From Candidatus Woesearchaeota archaeon (lineage in GTDB: Archaea; Nanobdellota; Nanobdellia; Woesearchaeales; UBA11576): 57,871 bases of DNA. Location of the stretch: contig JAFGJH010000059.1 in the NCBI GenBank assembly GCA_016929255.1, forward strand, positions 1 through 57,871. The letters are read 5' to 3'. Under the pieces are notes generated by a model that did not search any database, was not told the DNA's origin, and worked only from the letters and a program-made list of their open reading frames with translations. A program made the position numbers and the translations under genes. How positions within the stretch are numbered: the stretch's first letter is position 1; every line of letters begins with the position of its first letter. Of this stretch, positions 37,282 to 45,956 are shown piece by piece.

Positions 37282-37641
37282 ATGGCGGGTATCAAGAGCA
37301 TATTCGAGAAGATAGGCAAGGCGACAGGTGCGAAGATGCCGGGTTCAAAGCAGGGGTCCGCATCCCCTTCAGCTAATGCAGGAATCAGGACAGGAGCAGC
37401 ACCATCCGTCGGCGTGGCGAAAAAGTTCGACTTCAACATGTACCTGAAGGCCGTCAAAATGTTCTTCAGCGACTTCTTCGGCAAGAAAGTGCCCTACTTC
37501 TTCAAGAACATGGGACATGTATTCAAGGAGTTCCCTGTCTGGTGGGGAAAGCAGAAGCAGGACGAGCAGATAAGCTACGCGCTGGTCGTGCTCGGGAACG
37601 TGATGCTCATAATAGGGATAGTGCTGCTGATAGTGCTGTAG
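37282..37641 (+). CDS. Small tail-anchored membrane protein
   Basis: 119 aa. SD AGAGGT. C-terminal TM helix. Confidence 0.5.
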   Translation: MAGIKSIFEKIGKATGAKMPGSKQGSASPSANAGIRTGAAPSVGVAKKFDFNMYLKAVKMFFSDFFGKKVPYFFKNMGHVFKEFPVWWGKQKQDEQISYALVVLGNVMLIIGIVLLIVL

Positions 37642-37709
37642 CAATATTGTCGGTTTTCTTAATTGCAGCGCCTCGTGAGGCTGTACATAAATGATAATAC
37701 AAAGAATTC

Positions 37710-39344
37710 TTACTGCTTGACCAGGCCGGTCACGTTGTATATCTGGATGGGCTTTGACTTGCCCTTGACCTTAATCGCTTCCAGTTCCTGGACCTTGACG
37801 AGCTTCTTGACTTCTGCATAGGTAGTCTCGCTTATGAGTATCTGGCCGGGCGCAGCGGCAGAGCAGAGCCTTGATGCGGTGTTCACGCTGTCACCGATGA
37901 CCGTGTAGTCCGTGCGCTGCTTGCATCCGATATTCCCCACGACCATCTCACCAGTGTTTATGCCTATGCCTACGTCGAGTTCGATGCCAAACTTCTTCTT
38001 GAGCTTCTTCGAGAGCTCGTGCTGGGCATTCTGCATATCCAATGCGGTCTTTATCGCCTTGAGCGCGTGCGACTCGGTGTAGACCGGAGCGCCGAACAGC
38101 GCCATGATCTCATCCCCGACAAACTTGTCGAGAGTGCCGCGCTGCTTGAGTATTATCTCTGACATCGCCTCAAAATGCTCGTTGAGTATCTCGACGACCT
38201 GCTCTGGCTTCAGCTTCTCAGACATGGCTGTGAAACCCCTCAGGTCAGAGAACATGACTGTCATCTCCCTCTTGTCAGTCTTCATGAAGTCCTTGTCAGG
38301 CTCGGACAGTATCTCTTCGATGACATCCGGGCTGACATAACGCTGGAATGCGCTCTTGAGCACGTTCTTTTCCATGTCCTCGAATACCGCAGAGTCAGAC
38401 TGCTTCGCTATCGCATCAAGAAGCCTCCTATCGACCTTGCTGAAACCGTTGACCGCATTTGAGTTGATGACTCCGAATACGCCCATGGTGTCGTCGCTTA
38501 CGATTATGGGCGTGCACATCGCTGACTTTATCTCCTTGTTGACGTCGTTGAACTCCATCAGCTCTCCGTGGTTAAGTGTGGAACGTGACATCTCATAAAT
38601 GTACTCTGCATTATTGTGGACGAATGTCGAAGACTTGAGCTGCCCTGATATCTTGAGCTCGGTCTTGTTGGTCTTCTTGTTGTAGAGCAGGAAGAATGCG
38701 AGCTTTGCGCTTATCACCTGCGTGAGCTCCTGGAGCACCGCCTCCATCATCGTGTTGAAGTCCTTGATGGTATCCCTTATGCGGTCAATAGAGTAAATGG
38801 TTGTCAGCTCCTTGCTCTTGTCGTCAAGGTCCGTGTAATTGTTGGCGTGCTCTATTGCAGACGCCGCGAACTTGCAGATCATGGTGAAGAGTATCAGGTC
38901 ACGCTTCTTGAACAGCTGCTTGTTCTTGTTCATGACCAGGAAGACTCCCACGGGGTTCTTTCCGTAGAGCAGCGGAAGCGCTATTATGTTCCTTATCTTG
39001 CATCTCCTGAGCCTCTTGTGGAGCCTGGTGTCGTTTATGATGACCGGCTTCCTTGTCTTGATTATGTTGTCGCAGATGTCCCTGACCAGGGTCTTGTCCT
39101 CGAACTGCTCAGAAGTGTTTGTCGCGCCGTACTCGAAGGGGTTTTTGCTTTCCTTGTTGTACAGGATTATGAAGCCCTGCTCAACAGAAAGCGACTTGAC
39201 TGTCAGGAGAAGTATCTCCTTCAGCATCTGGTATTTGTCCTTTGTGGCTGTCTCTATCTCGATAAGCTCATTGAGAACCTGCAGCCTGGCTGCCTGAGCC
39301 TTTATCTTCGCTACCAGCTTTTTGAGTTTATCAGCAGATGCCAT
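37710..39344 (-). CDS. GAF-GAF-class III adenylate cyclase
   Basis: 544 aa. Cyclase core MFSDLRGFT, KFVGDEIMALFG, TDYTVIGDSVNTASRL (Lys/Asp adenine-specifying pair). Two GAF-like regions lie upstream. Confidence 0.8.
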   Translation of the reverse strand: MASADKLKKLVAKIKAQAARLQVLNELIEIETATKDKYQMLKEILLLTVKSLSVEQGFIILYNKESKNPFEYGATNTSEQFEDKTLVRDICDNIIKTRKPVIINDTRLHKRLRRCKIRNIIALPLLYGKNPVGVFLVMNKNKQLFKKRDLILFTMICKFAASAIEHANNYTDLDDKSKELTTIYSIDRIRDTIKDFNTMMEAVLQELTQVISAKLAFFLLYNKKTNKTELKISGQLKSSTFVHNNAEYIYEMSRSTLNHGELMEFNDVNKEIKSAMCTPIIVSDDTMGVFGVINSNAVNGFSKVDRRLLDAIAKQSDSAVFEDMEKNVLKSAFQRYVSPDVIEEILSEPDKDFMKTDKREMTVMFSDLRGFTAMSEKLKPEQVVEILNEHFEAMSEIILKQRGTLDKFVGDEIMALFGAPVYTESHALKAIKTALDMQNAQHELSKKLKKKFGIELDVGIGINTGEMVVGNIGCKQRTDYTVIGDSVNTASRLCSAAAPGQILISETTYAEVKKLVKVQELEAIKVKGKSKPIQIYNVTGLVKQ

Positions 39345-39810
39345 TTTAGGAGCACTATATAATCACTGGTAAGTGATAATTATAAGTAATATTTAAAGTT
39401 TTCCTTTTTGCGGAGTGTTTCGGCCTATTTTTCCGCGTGCAATAATTGTCTCCAGAAGCTCCCTAACTAATATACTGTGTGTTATTGTCCGGTTATATTA
39501 ATTTTTTGTGGTGCTTCTTGGTGACATTATTTATCTATTTTATACTAATCCGGGTTGGTTATTGATCCCTGCAGAGATTATTTGAAACAAAAAACCGAAA
39601 CTTTTAAATAGTGGTTCTATAATGGTAAATATATAGTTAAAACGTGAAAAGAGGCGATTTCGGCTTCTTTTTTTAACTTCAGAGGCAAAAAACAAGAGAT
39701 AAATTATTTGAAAAGTCCATTTAAGGCTTTTTTTTGTTTTTTTTGGACGCAAAGAGGTGAAACAGACTGGAAGTCTGTAAACCTCAAAGACAAGTTTTGA
39801 GGTGTCGGCG

Positions 39811-40572
39811 ATGACAGACGGCGTAGGAAGCAGAGAGGCAGAGACTTTAGAAAGAATTCTCGCAAAGATAAGGACAAGCATGCCACAGCGCACAGAAGAA
39901 GAGATGGAGTTCTCAAACCTTGTAAGCGCGTGGTACGAGACACTGCAAGAGATTCATGATACATCGGACGGTCATGGCATAACCCTTGTGGTATGGAACG
40001 GCGAACGCGGGGGAGAAGGATCTTTTGAGGATTATCTCAGAGAGGCCAGGCCATACAACGGCGTGCCACATCGGCAAAGCGATGCTGACATAGTAAGCGT
40101 GATGTCTGCCCGAAGACACAGGGATGCAGCATTAGTCTCAGGCAAATACGGAGAGATAATGGGCGCGAACGTGCCATTACCACTCGATCCTATTGAGATG
40201 AGGAAGGCATACGGCATCCTTCCACAGTACCAGGTCGCTGACTTCATGGGATGCGCCAAAGACGAGGATCTGGGAACAAGGGCTGCCAGCGCATTGTGCG
40301 CAACCAACCGCTTCGATGAGATAGCGATAATAACCCTCGGCGAGAACACTGAGGCTGGCAAGAAAGGCCCGCTTAGGGTATACTATGGCGGGAACATCGT
40401 CTACAGCACCGATGGGAAAGAGCTGCGCTGGGAATGCGCAAGAGCTGAGGCGCGGCCAGATTATGGAAATGTCATACCTCTGGATAGATACAAGCATGAT
40501 GTCCCTGAACACCACCGCGGCAAAGGACAATATGATCAGCCGACACAAGTTGCCGCGGCAGGACGCGTCTGA
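39811..40572 (+). CDS. Diadenylate-cyclase (DisA_N/DAC)-like domain protein with altered catalytic motifs
   Basis: Aligns by eye to CdaA: GITLVVW..FEDYL; RHRDAALVSGKYGEIMGANVPLPL (DGA replaced by DAA); LGTRAASALCATNRFDEIAIITLGENT (RHR replaced by RAA). GAGGTG lies 6 nt before the ATG at 39811. Confidence 0.6.
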   Translation: MTDGVGSREAETLERILAKIRTSMPQRTEEEMEFSNLVSAWYETLQEIHDTSDGHGITLVVWNGERGGEGSFEDYLREARPYNGVPHRQSDADIVSVMSARRHRDAALVSGKYGEIMGANVPLPLDPIEMRKAYGILPQYQVADFMGCAKDEDLGTRAASALCATNRFDEIAIITLGENTEAGKKGPLRVYYGGNIVYSTDGKELRWECARAEARPDYGNVIPLDRYKHDVPEHHRGKGQYDQPTQVAAAGRV

Positions 40573-40691
40573 AAATATTTTTCATCTTTTTTTCGCGCTT
40601 GTTTTCCATTTCTTTTTCACTTCTTCTTCTGACGGAAAACAGCGCGCAACAAGCATAAGTTTTATAAAACAAGCAGCGCAATAACTGCAGT

Positions 40692-41939
40692 ATGGAGACA
40701 AGAAAGCTTCTGGACGGCGTACTAAAGCAGATAAAGCCCACAGACAGGAAGCTGTTCAAGGAGATAAACGAATTCCTGAAGAAGCTCAATTCTGAAATCA
40801 AGAAGAGCAAGACAAAGGCAAAGGCAGTCGTCGGCGGCTCAATAGCAAAGGACACATTCCTCAAGGGCGACCATGACTGCGACATCTTCGTGAAGTTTGA
40901 CTGCTCATACAAAGAAAAAGACATATCCTGCATGCTTTTCAAGATTCTCAAGCCTTTCAAGGCAGAGCTCGTGCACGGGAGCAGGGACTATTACCGCGTC
41001 AAGAACATGATAAACTACGAGGTCGTGCCGGTGCTTGACATCAAGGACCCGAAAGATGCCGTGAATGTGACCGACATGAGCCCGCTCCATGTGGAATGGG
41101 TCAGGAAGCACCCCGGATTCGACGATGAGATAAGGCTTGCCAAGCAGTTCTGCAAGGCAGCGCACGTCTACGGCGCAGAGTCCTACATCAAGGGGTTCTC
41201 AGGACATGTCCTGGACGTACTTGTGATACACTACGGCGGGTTCATCAAGCTGCTGAAGGCATCCCGGAAATGGAAAGACAAGGAGGTCATCGACCCTGAG
41301 AAGTTCTACAGGAAAAGCAGGAAAGACGCGCTCGAGCAGCTCAACAGGTCGAAGATAGACAGCCCGATAATAATCATAGACCCTGTCCTGCCGGAAAGGA
41401 ACGCGGCAGCGGCGCTCTCGTACGAAAAGCTGGAGCTTTTCAAGAAGGCGGCGGCTGAATTCATCGACAGGCCGTCACAAGAACAGTTCATCGTCAAGCA
41501 GAAGACCGCTGAAGTCCTCAGGAGAGGGGCGGGAAAAGACAAGCTTATGATTCTCGACGTGACACCATTCACCGGCAAAGAGGATGTTGTAGGGGCAAAA
41601 CTGCTCAAGGCATACCAGCAGATATACAACCAGCTGAAGTTCTACGACTTCGGGATAAAGGATGCCGGCTGGAGCTGGGACAAGAAGGACAAGGCGATGT
41701 TCTGGTATATCCTGGATCCGAAAGACCTCGTGCCGATAAAGAAATGGGTCGGACCTCCTCTCGAAGAGAAAGAAAGAGTGCAGAACTTCAGGGAGAAGCA
41801 TGTGAAGACCTTCATGGAGAAAGGAAGGATATGCACATATGTCAAGAGAAGATACATCAGGGCAGAGGAGCTTGCAGACGACATCATAAGAAATGACGAT
41901 TACCTATATGAAAAAGTCAAGAAGGTGGTGAGACAATGA
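40692..41939 (+). CDS. cca: CCA-adding enzyme (class I archaeal tRNA nucleotidyltransferase)
   Basis: 415 aa. VVGGSIAKDTFLKGDHDCDIFV catalytic motif. Overall archaeal CCA-enzyme layout. Confidence 0.85.
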   Translation: METRKLLDGVLKQIKPTDRKLFKEINEFLKKLNSEIKKSKTKAKAVVGGSIAKDTFLKGDHDCDIFVKFDCSYKEKDISCMLFKILKPFKAELVHGSRDYYRVKNMINYEVVPVLDIKDPKDAVNVTDMSPLHVEWVRKHPGFDDEIRLAKQFCKAAHVYGAESYIKGFSGHVLDVLVIHYGGFIKLLKASRKWKDKEVIDPEKFYRKSRKDALEQLNRSKIDSPIIIIDPVLPERNAAAALSYEKLELFKKAAAEFIDRPSQEQFIVKQKTAEVLRRGAGKDKLMILDVTPFTGKEDVVGAKLLKAYQQIYNQLKFYDFGIKDAGWSWDKKDKAMFWYILDPKDLVPIKKWVGPPLEEKERVQNFREKHVKTFMEKGRICTYVKRRYIRAEELADDIIRNDDYLYEKVKKVVRQ

Positions 41940-42676
41940 AGGCCATAATACTCGCTGCAGGTTATGCGACACGGCTATACCCCCTCACCCTCGACACGCC
42001 CAAGCCGCTGCTTGAGGTCGGGAAGAAGAGGATGGTTGAGCACATCATACACAAGCTTGAGGAGCTTGACGCGGTAGATGAGATACATATAGTCACGAAC
42101 GACAAGTTCTGCCCCCATTTTGTAGAGTGGAGAAGGACATTCCCCAGCATCACGAACATATTCATCCACAACGACCTCACGAAGACGAACGAGGACAGGC
42201 TCGGCGCGATAGGAGACGTCCACTTCGTGATAGAGAAGGCAAAGATAGATGATGATGTCGTGATAGTCGGGGGAGACAACCTCTTCGACTTCAGCCTTCT
42301 CGGCATGTACTCTCTCTTCAGGTCAAAGAAAGGCCCGGTCAACGCGGCAAGGGACCTCGGCGACCCTGCGAAGCTGGCCAGGAAGTTCGGCACTGTCCAA
42401 ATAGACCTGAACAACAGGATAATAAGCTTTGAGGAGAAGCCTGAGAAGCCGAAATCTTCTCTCGCTTCGACCTGCGTCTACATGTACACCAAGAAGGACA
42501 TCGAAGAGCTCGAGAGCCACATAAAGAAGGTGGGCATGCCTGACAACACAGGGGACTTTGTCAAGCACCTGATGACTGTGCGCGACGTGTTCGCATACCC
42601 TTTCGAAGAGCACTGGTACGACATAGGCAGCCACGAGCAGCTAGAAGAGGCCAGGCAGATATTCAGCAGGAGGTGA
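41936..42676 (+). CDS. Sugar-phosphate nucleotidyltransferase (G1P thymidylyl/uridylyltransferase-like)
   Basis: 246 aa. MKAIILAAGYATRLYPLT...PKPLL signature. Overlaps the cca stop by 4 nt. Confidence 0.8.
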   Translation: MKAIILAAGYATRLYPLTLDTPKPLLEVGKKRMVEHIIHKLEELDAVDEIHIVTNDKFCPHFVEWRRTFPSITNIFIHNDLTKTNEDRLGAIGDVHFVIEKAKIDDDVVIVGGDNLFDFSLLGMYSLFRSKKGPVNAARDLGDPAKLARKFGTVQIDLNNRIISFEEKPEKPKSSLASTCVYMYTKKDIEELESHIKKVGMPDNTGDFVKHLMTVRDVFAYPFEEHWYDIGSHEQLEEARQIFSRR

Positions 42677-42678
42677 GG

Positions 42679-43230
42679 ATGAACAAGATAATAATAAGCG
42701 AAGAAGCGTTTGTCATGATGCTTGCAGGAGCGGCAGAGGTCTTCGACAAGGAAACATACGGGATGCTCCTCGGCAAGAAGAGGAAAAAAGACTTCTATAT
42801 CGAATATGCAGTCCCTCACCAGTCCACAATAAGGACAAAGAATGATGTCTCAGTCACCAAGAGAAGCGAGAAAAGGCTCATCGAATCAATAAACTTCCTC
42901 AAAGGATACAGGTACATAGGAGAGTTCCATTCACATCCCCATGGCCCGAACAAACTGAGCAAGTACGACATCAACGACATAAGGGAGAGCGGCGCGGGCA
43001 TATCCATCCTGGTATCGATGGAAGAAACAGACCATTACAAGCCCTGGGCATATGACAGGAAAGACAAAAGCCTGTCAGGGACAATCGACGACAATTACCT
43101 GGTCAGCATCAAGGCATATCGCTGCGCAGACACGGGCATAAGGATAATGAAACTCAGGCTTGAATGCGATTTCATAAAGAAGCTGAACAAGAAAGTCAAG
43201 AAGGCAAGGCCTGCGTTCTTCGACAGCTGA
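42679..43230 (+). CDS. JAB/MPN (JAMM) metalloprotease domain protein
   Basis: JAMM motif EFHSHPHGPNKLSKYD (HxHx7SxxD). AGGAGGTGAGG precedes the ATG at 42679. Confidence 0.75.
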   Translation: MNKIIISEEAFVMMLAGAAEVFDKETYGMLLGKKRKKDFYIEYAVPHQSTIRTKNDVSVTKRSEKRLIESINFLKGYRYIGEFHSHPHGPNKLSKYDINDIRESGAGISILVSMEETDHYKPWAYDRKDKSLSGTIDDNYLVSIKAYRCADTGIRIMKLRLECDFIKKLNKKVKKARPAFFDS

Positions 43231-43334
43231 GCGCTGCCCTGAGCACGGCAGCCCAAACGTTTCAGTTAAGAAGCAGAAATATATAAACATTCCCGAAAAG
43301 CTATATAAACATCTTTCTCCACATATCATACACC

Positions 43335-44366
43335 ATGGAACTCCAGGAACAGCTCAAAAAAGCATTCATCGACAAGGGAAAAGGTTTCGACGAGATCATA
43401 GGACAGGATGCTGCAAAGCAGCAGGTCAAGTCAGCGCTCATCGCAGGAAGGCACCTTCTCATAGTCGGGCCGCCGGGGATAGGCAAGACGACGCTCGCAA
43501 AGAACGTGGCACTCCTTCTGCCCGAGATAGAGGTCAATGACTGCGAATACAACTGCAGCCCGAAAAGGCCGCTATGCCCAGCCTGCAAGGCGGGCCAGAC
43601 AAAGAAGAAAAAGAAGATATCAGGGGCACAGCGCTTCATAAGAGTACAGGGCAGCCCTGACCTAACAGCAGAGGACCTCATCGGAGACATAGACCCTGCA
43701 CGTGCCATCAAGCACGGCCCGCTTTCAATAGAGGCATTCACCCCTGGAAAGATATTCAAGGCGAACAACGGAGTGCTCTTCTTCGACGAGCTCAACCGCG
43801 CCCCTGAAAAGCTCCAGAATGCGCTGCTGCAGGCGCTGCAGGAGAGGGCAGTCACCATAGGCAGCTATGACCTGGACCTTGAGGCCAACTTCATATTCAT
43901 AGCGACGATGAACCCTGAAGACACGAGCACAGAGCCGCTTTCTGACGTCCTGCTGGACAGGTTTGATGTCGCGTACATGGACTACCCAGAGACACTCGAG
44001 AACGAGGAAATGATAGTAGAGGGGCGGTCACAGCACTTCGCAGAATTTCCCGCAGACGTAAGAAGACTGGCAGTGCTGTTCGTAAGGCTGCTCAGGGAAT
44101 CTGACAGGCTGGAGAAGCTGCCGAGCGTAAGGGCAACCATCGGCCTCTACGAGAGGGCGCAGACAAACGCCCTAGTCAATGGACTGCAGAAAGTCACATG
44201 GAAGGATGTCCAGGATGTCATGGTCTCGGTGCTCAGCCACAGGATAAAGCTCAAGCCCTCAGCGCAATATCTCCAGACGCCGCAGGAGCTCATACAGGAG
44301 AAGCTCAAGGAGTTCATGCAGCAGCAGGGCATCTCAGGAGAGTCAGAACAGGGTGAAGTACCCTAG
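43335..44366 (+). CDS. AAA+ ATPase of the ChlI/BchI (Mg-chelatase-like)/MoxR group
   Basis: 343 aa. Walker A GPPGIGKTT, Cys-rich insert CEYNCSPKRPLCPAC, Walker B VLFFDELNR, MNPED...LLDRFD. Confidence 0.8.
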   Translation: MELQEQLKKAFIDKGKGFDEIIGQDAAKQQVKSALIAGRHLLIVGPPGIGKTTLAKNVALLLPEIEVNDCEYNCSPKRPLCPACKAGQTKKKKKISGAQRFIRVQGSPDLTAEDLIGDIDPARAIKHGPLSIEAFTPGKIFKANNGVLFFDELNRAPEKLQNALLQALQERAVTIGSYDLDLEANFIFIATMNPEDTSTEPLSDVLLDRFDVAYMDYPETLENEEMIVEGRSQHFAEFPADVRRLAVLFVRLLRESDRLEKLPSVRATIGLYERAQTNALVNGLQKVTWKDVQDVMVSVLSHRIKLKPSAQYLQTPQELIQEKLKEFMQQQGISGESEQGEVP

Positions 44367-45567
44367 CGCCCACGAGAACAAAGACAAAGGCGGGGCAAAG
44401 ACAGATTTCTCAAACTTCTCGACCATAGAAGAGCTGGAAGGCAAGCTTAAGCTAGAGAACGTGGACGACAAGCTCATGCATTCCGTGCTTGACAACGACA
44501 AGGAATCGATAGATGAGGGAATGATGATAGAAGAGGCGCTGAACAGGGGGATAGGTGCGTTCACACCAGACATCATATTCGAGAAGCTCGTCAAGAACTT
44601 CATGATGACTAAAAGCCTGTTTGGAGAGACGCTCATACGCGCAGTGTCAGGCTACGATCCAGAATACCTTGAGAAGAACATAGGCATACCAGAGTTCCAG
44701 CGCGAACTCAAGAAGAATATAAAGGACAGGCTCGACAGGTTTAAACATGACGGCGTGCTCGACAAGCAGGGCGTGGTGACAGAGAAAGGCATAGAACTAG
44801 CATCTCTCATAATGTGTGTCCAGGAGCTCGACAACATAGTCCCTAAAGGCATACACGGCGAGAGGATCCACAAGAAGGCATACATATACGGAGACAAGCT
44901 CGATGTCCGCGACTACAGGAAAGGGGACAGGTACAAGGACGTGGCGATAAAGAAATCAGCAAAGACAGCCATAAGGCGCGGGCACGGGCAGATAGAGCTG
45001 GACGACCTCAAAATCCATGAAAGGCAGAGCAAAGGCGAGGTGTATATCATCTACGCGCTCGATTCCTCCGGCAGCATGAAAGGCGAGAAGATTGGGACGT
45101 GCAAGAAGGCCGGCGTGGCGCTCGCGTACAAGGCGATCAGGGAAAGGGACAAAGTGGGGCTTATCGTATTCGGCACAGACATCAAAGAGGCCATCGCTCC
45201 AACCACAGACTTCTCTCTGCTGCTGACATCCATAACGCGCATCAAAGCAGCGGCTGAGACAGACATGGCATCGACAATAAGCAAGGCAATAGAGCTCTTC
45301 CCGAGCACAGACGCGACAAAGCATCTTCTCCTGCTCAGCGACGCCCTTCCGACAAAAGGCAAAGACCCTGAGAAAGCCACTCTGGAGGCAGCATCCATGG
45401 CAAAGTCAAGAGGAATAACAATATCAGTCATAGGCATAAACCTCGACAGCAAAGGGAAGAAGCTGGCAGAGAAGCTCGTCAGCATAGGAAGAGGCAAACT
45501 CTATGTGGTCAAGGACCTGAAAGAGATTGACAAGCTCGTTCTTGAGGATTATTACGGTGTGATATGA
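44353..45567 (+). CDS. von Willebrand factor A (vWA) domain protein, ChlD-like partner
   Basis: 404 aa. MIDAS DSSGSM at the start of the C-terminal vWA domain. GTG start overlaps the upstream ATPase gene (start uncertain). Confidence 0.7.
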   Translation: MKYPSAHENKDKGGAKTDFSNFSTIEELEGKLKLENVDDKLMHSVLDNDKESIDEGMMIEEALNRGIGAFTPDIIFEKLVKNFMMTKSLFGETLIRAVSGYDPEYLEKNIGIPEFQRELKKNIKDRLDRFKHDGVLDKQGVVTEKGIELASLIMCVQELDNIVPKGIHGERIHKKAYIYGDKLDVRDYRKGDRYKDVAIKKSAKTAIRRGHGQIELDDLKIHERQSKGEVYIIYALDSSGSMKGEKIGTCKKAGVALAYKAIRERDKVGLIVFGTDIKEAIAPTTDFSLLLTSITRIKAAAETDMASTISKAIELFPSTDATKHLLLLSDALPTKGKDPEKATLEAASMAKSRGITISVIGINLDSKGKKLAEKLVSIGRGKLYVVKDLKEIDKLVLEDYYGVI

Positions 45568-45784
45568 TATGCTACTAAATTCTGAGCAGTGGCGCCGTGA
45601 GTTTGTGAGGCTCTTCTGATTATTGTTTGCGGCCGTCGCGGGGGTGTCTCCGAACGGAGTGAGCGAGACACTCAAACTGCGCAGCAGTTTGGTGTGCCAA
45701 AGCATCCCTGATGCTTTGAGCACCCCATCAGGGGAAGCAGGCCTTGCCGAGTATATATTCACTAGCCTAACCTCACGCGCCACT

Positions 45785-45927
45785 GCTGCAGCCACGCTGC
45801 TAATCCGCATTCGGTTGCTATCCTCTTATGCATTCGACTGTGCTTGCGCAGTATCCGCTGTTTGTCGGTAAAGTGCAACCCCTTCCGCTTCTCTTGTCAA
45901 CGGTACGCTAAGAGCGGTGGCTGCAGC
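45785..45927. repeat. Family 1 MITE-like element, copy C
   Basis: TIR GCTGCAGCCACGCT / AGCGGTGGCTGCAGC. Core AAGTGCAACCCCTTCCGCTTCT. It sits inside a larger hairpin-rich 45578-45957 segment bounded by the inverted repeats AATTCTGAGCAG / CTGCCAGAATT. Confidence 0.6.
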
Positions 45928-45956
45928 CATGCAAAAAGCGGCAGCGCTGCCAGAAT

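Noticed and set aside
39345-39810. AT-rich spacer as the chromosomal replication origin
   Set aside because: No ORB/mini-ORB-like inverted repeats and no adjacent orc1/cdc6 gene. AT-richness alone is insufficient, so it is retained only as a low-interest regulatory observation.
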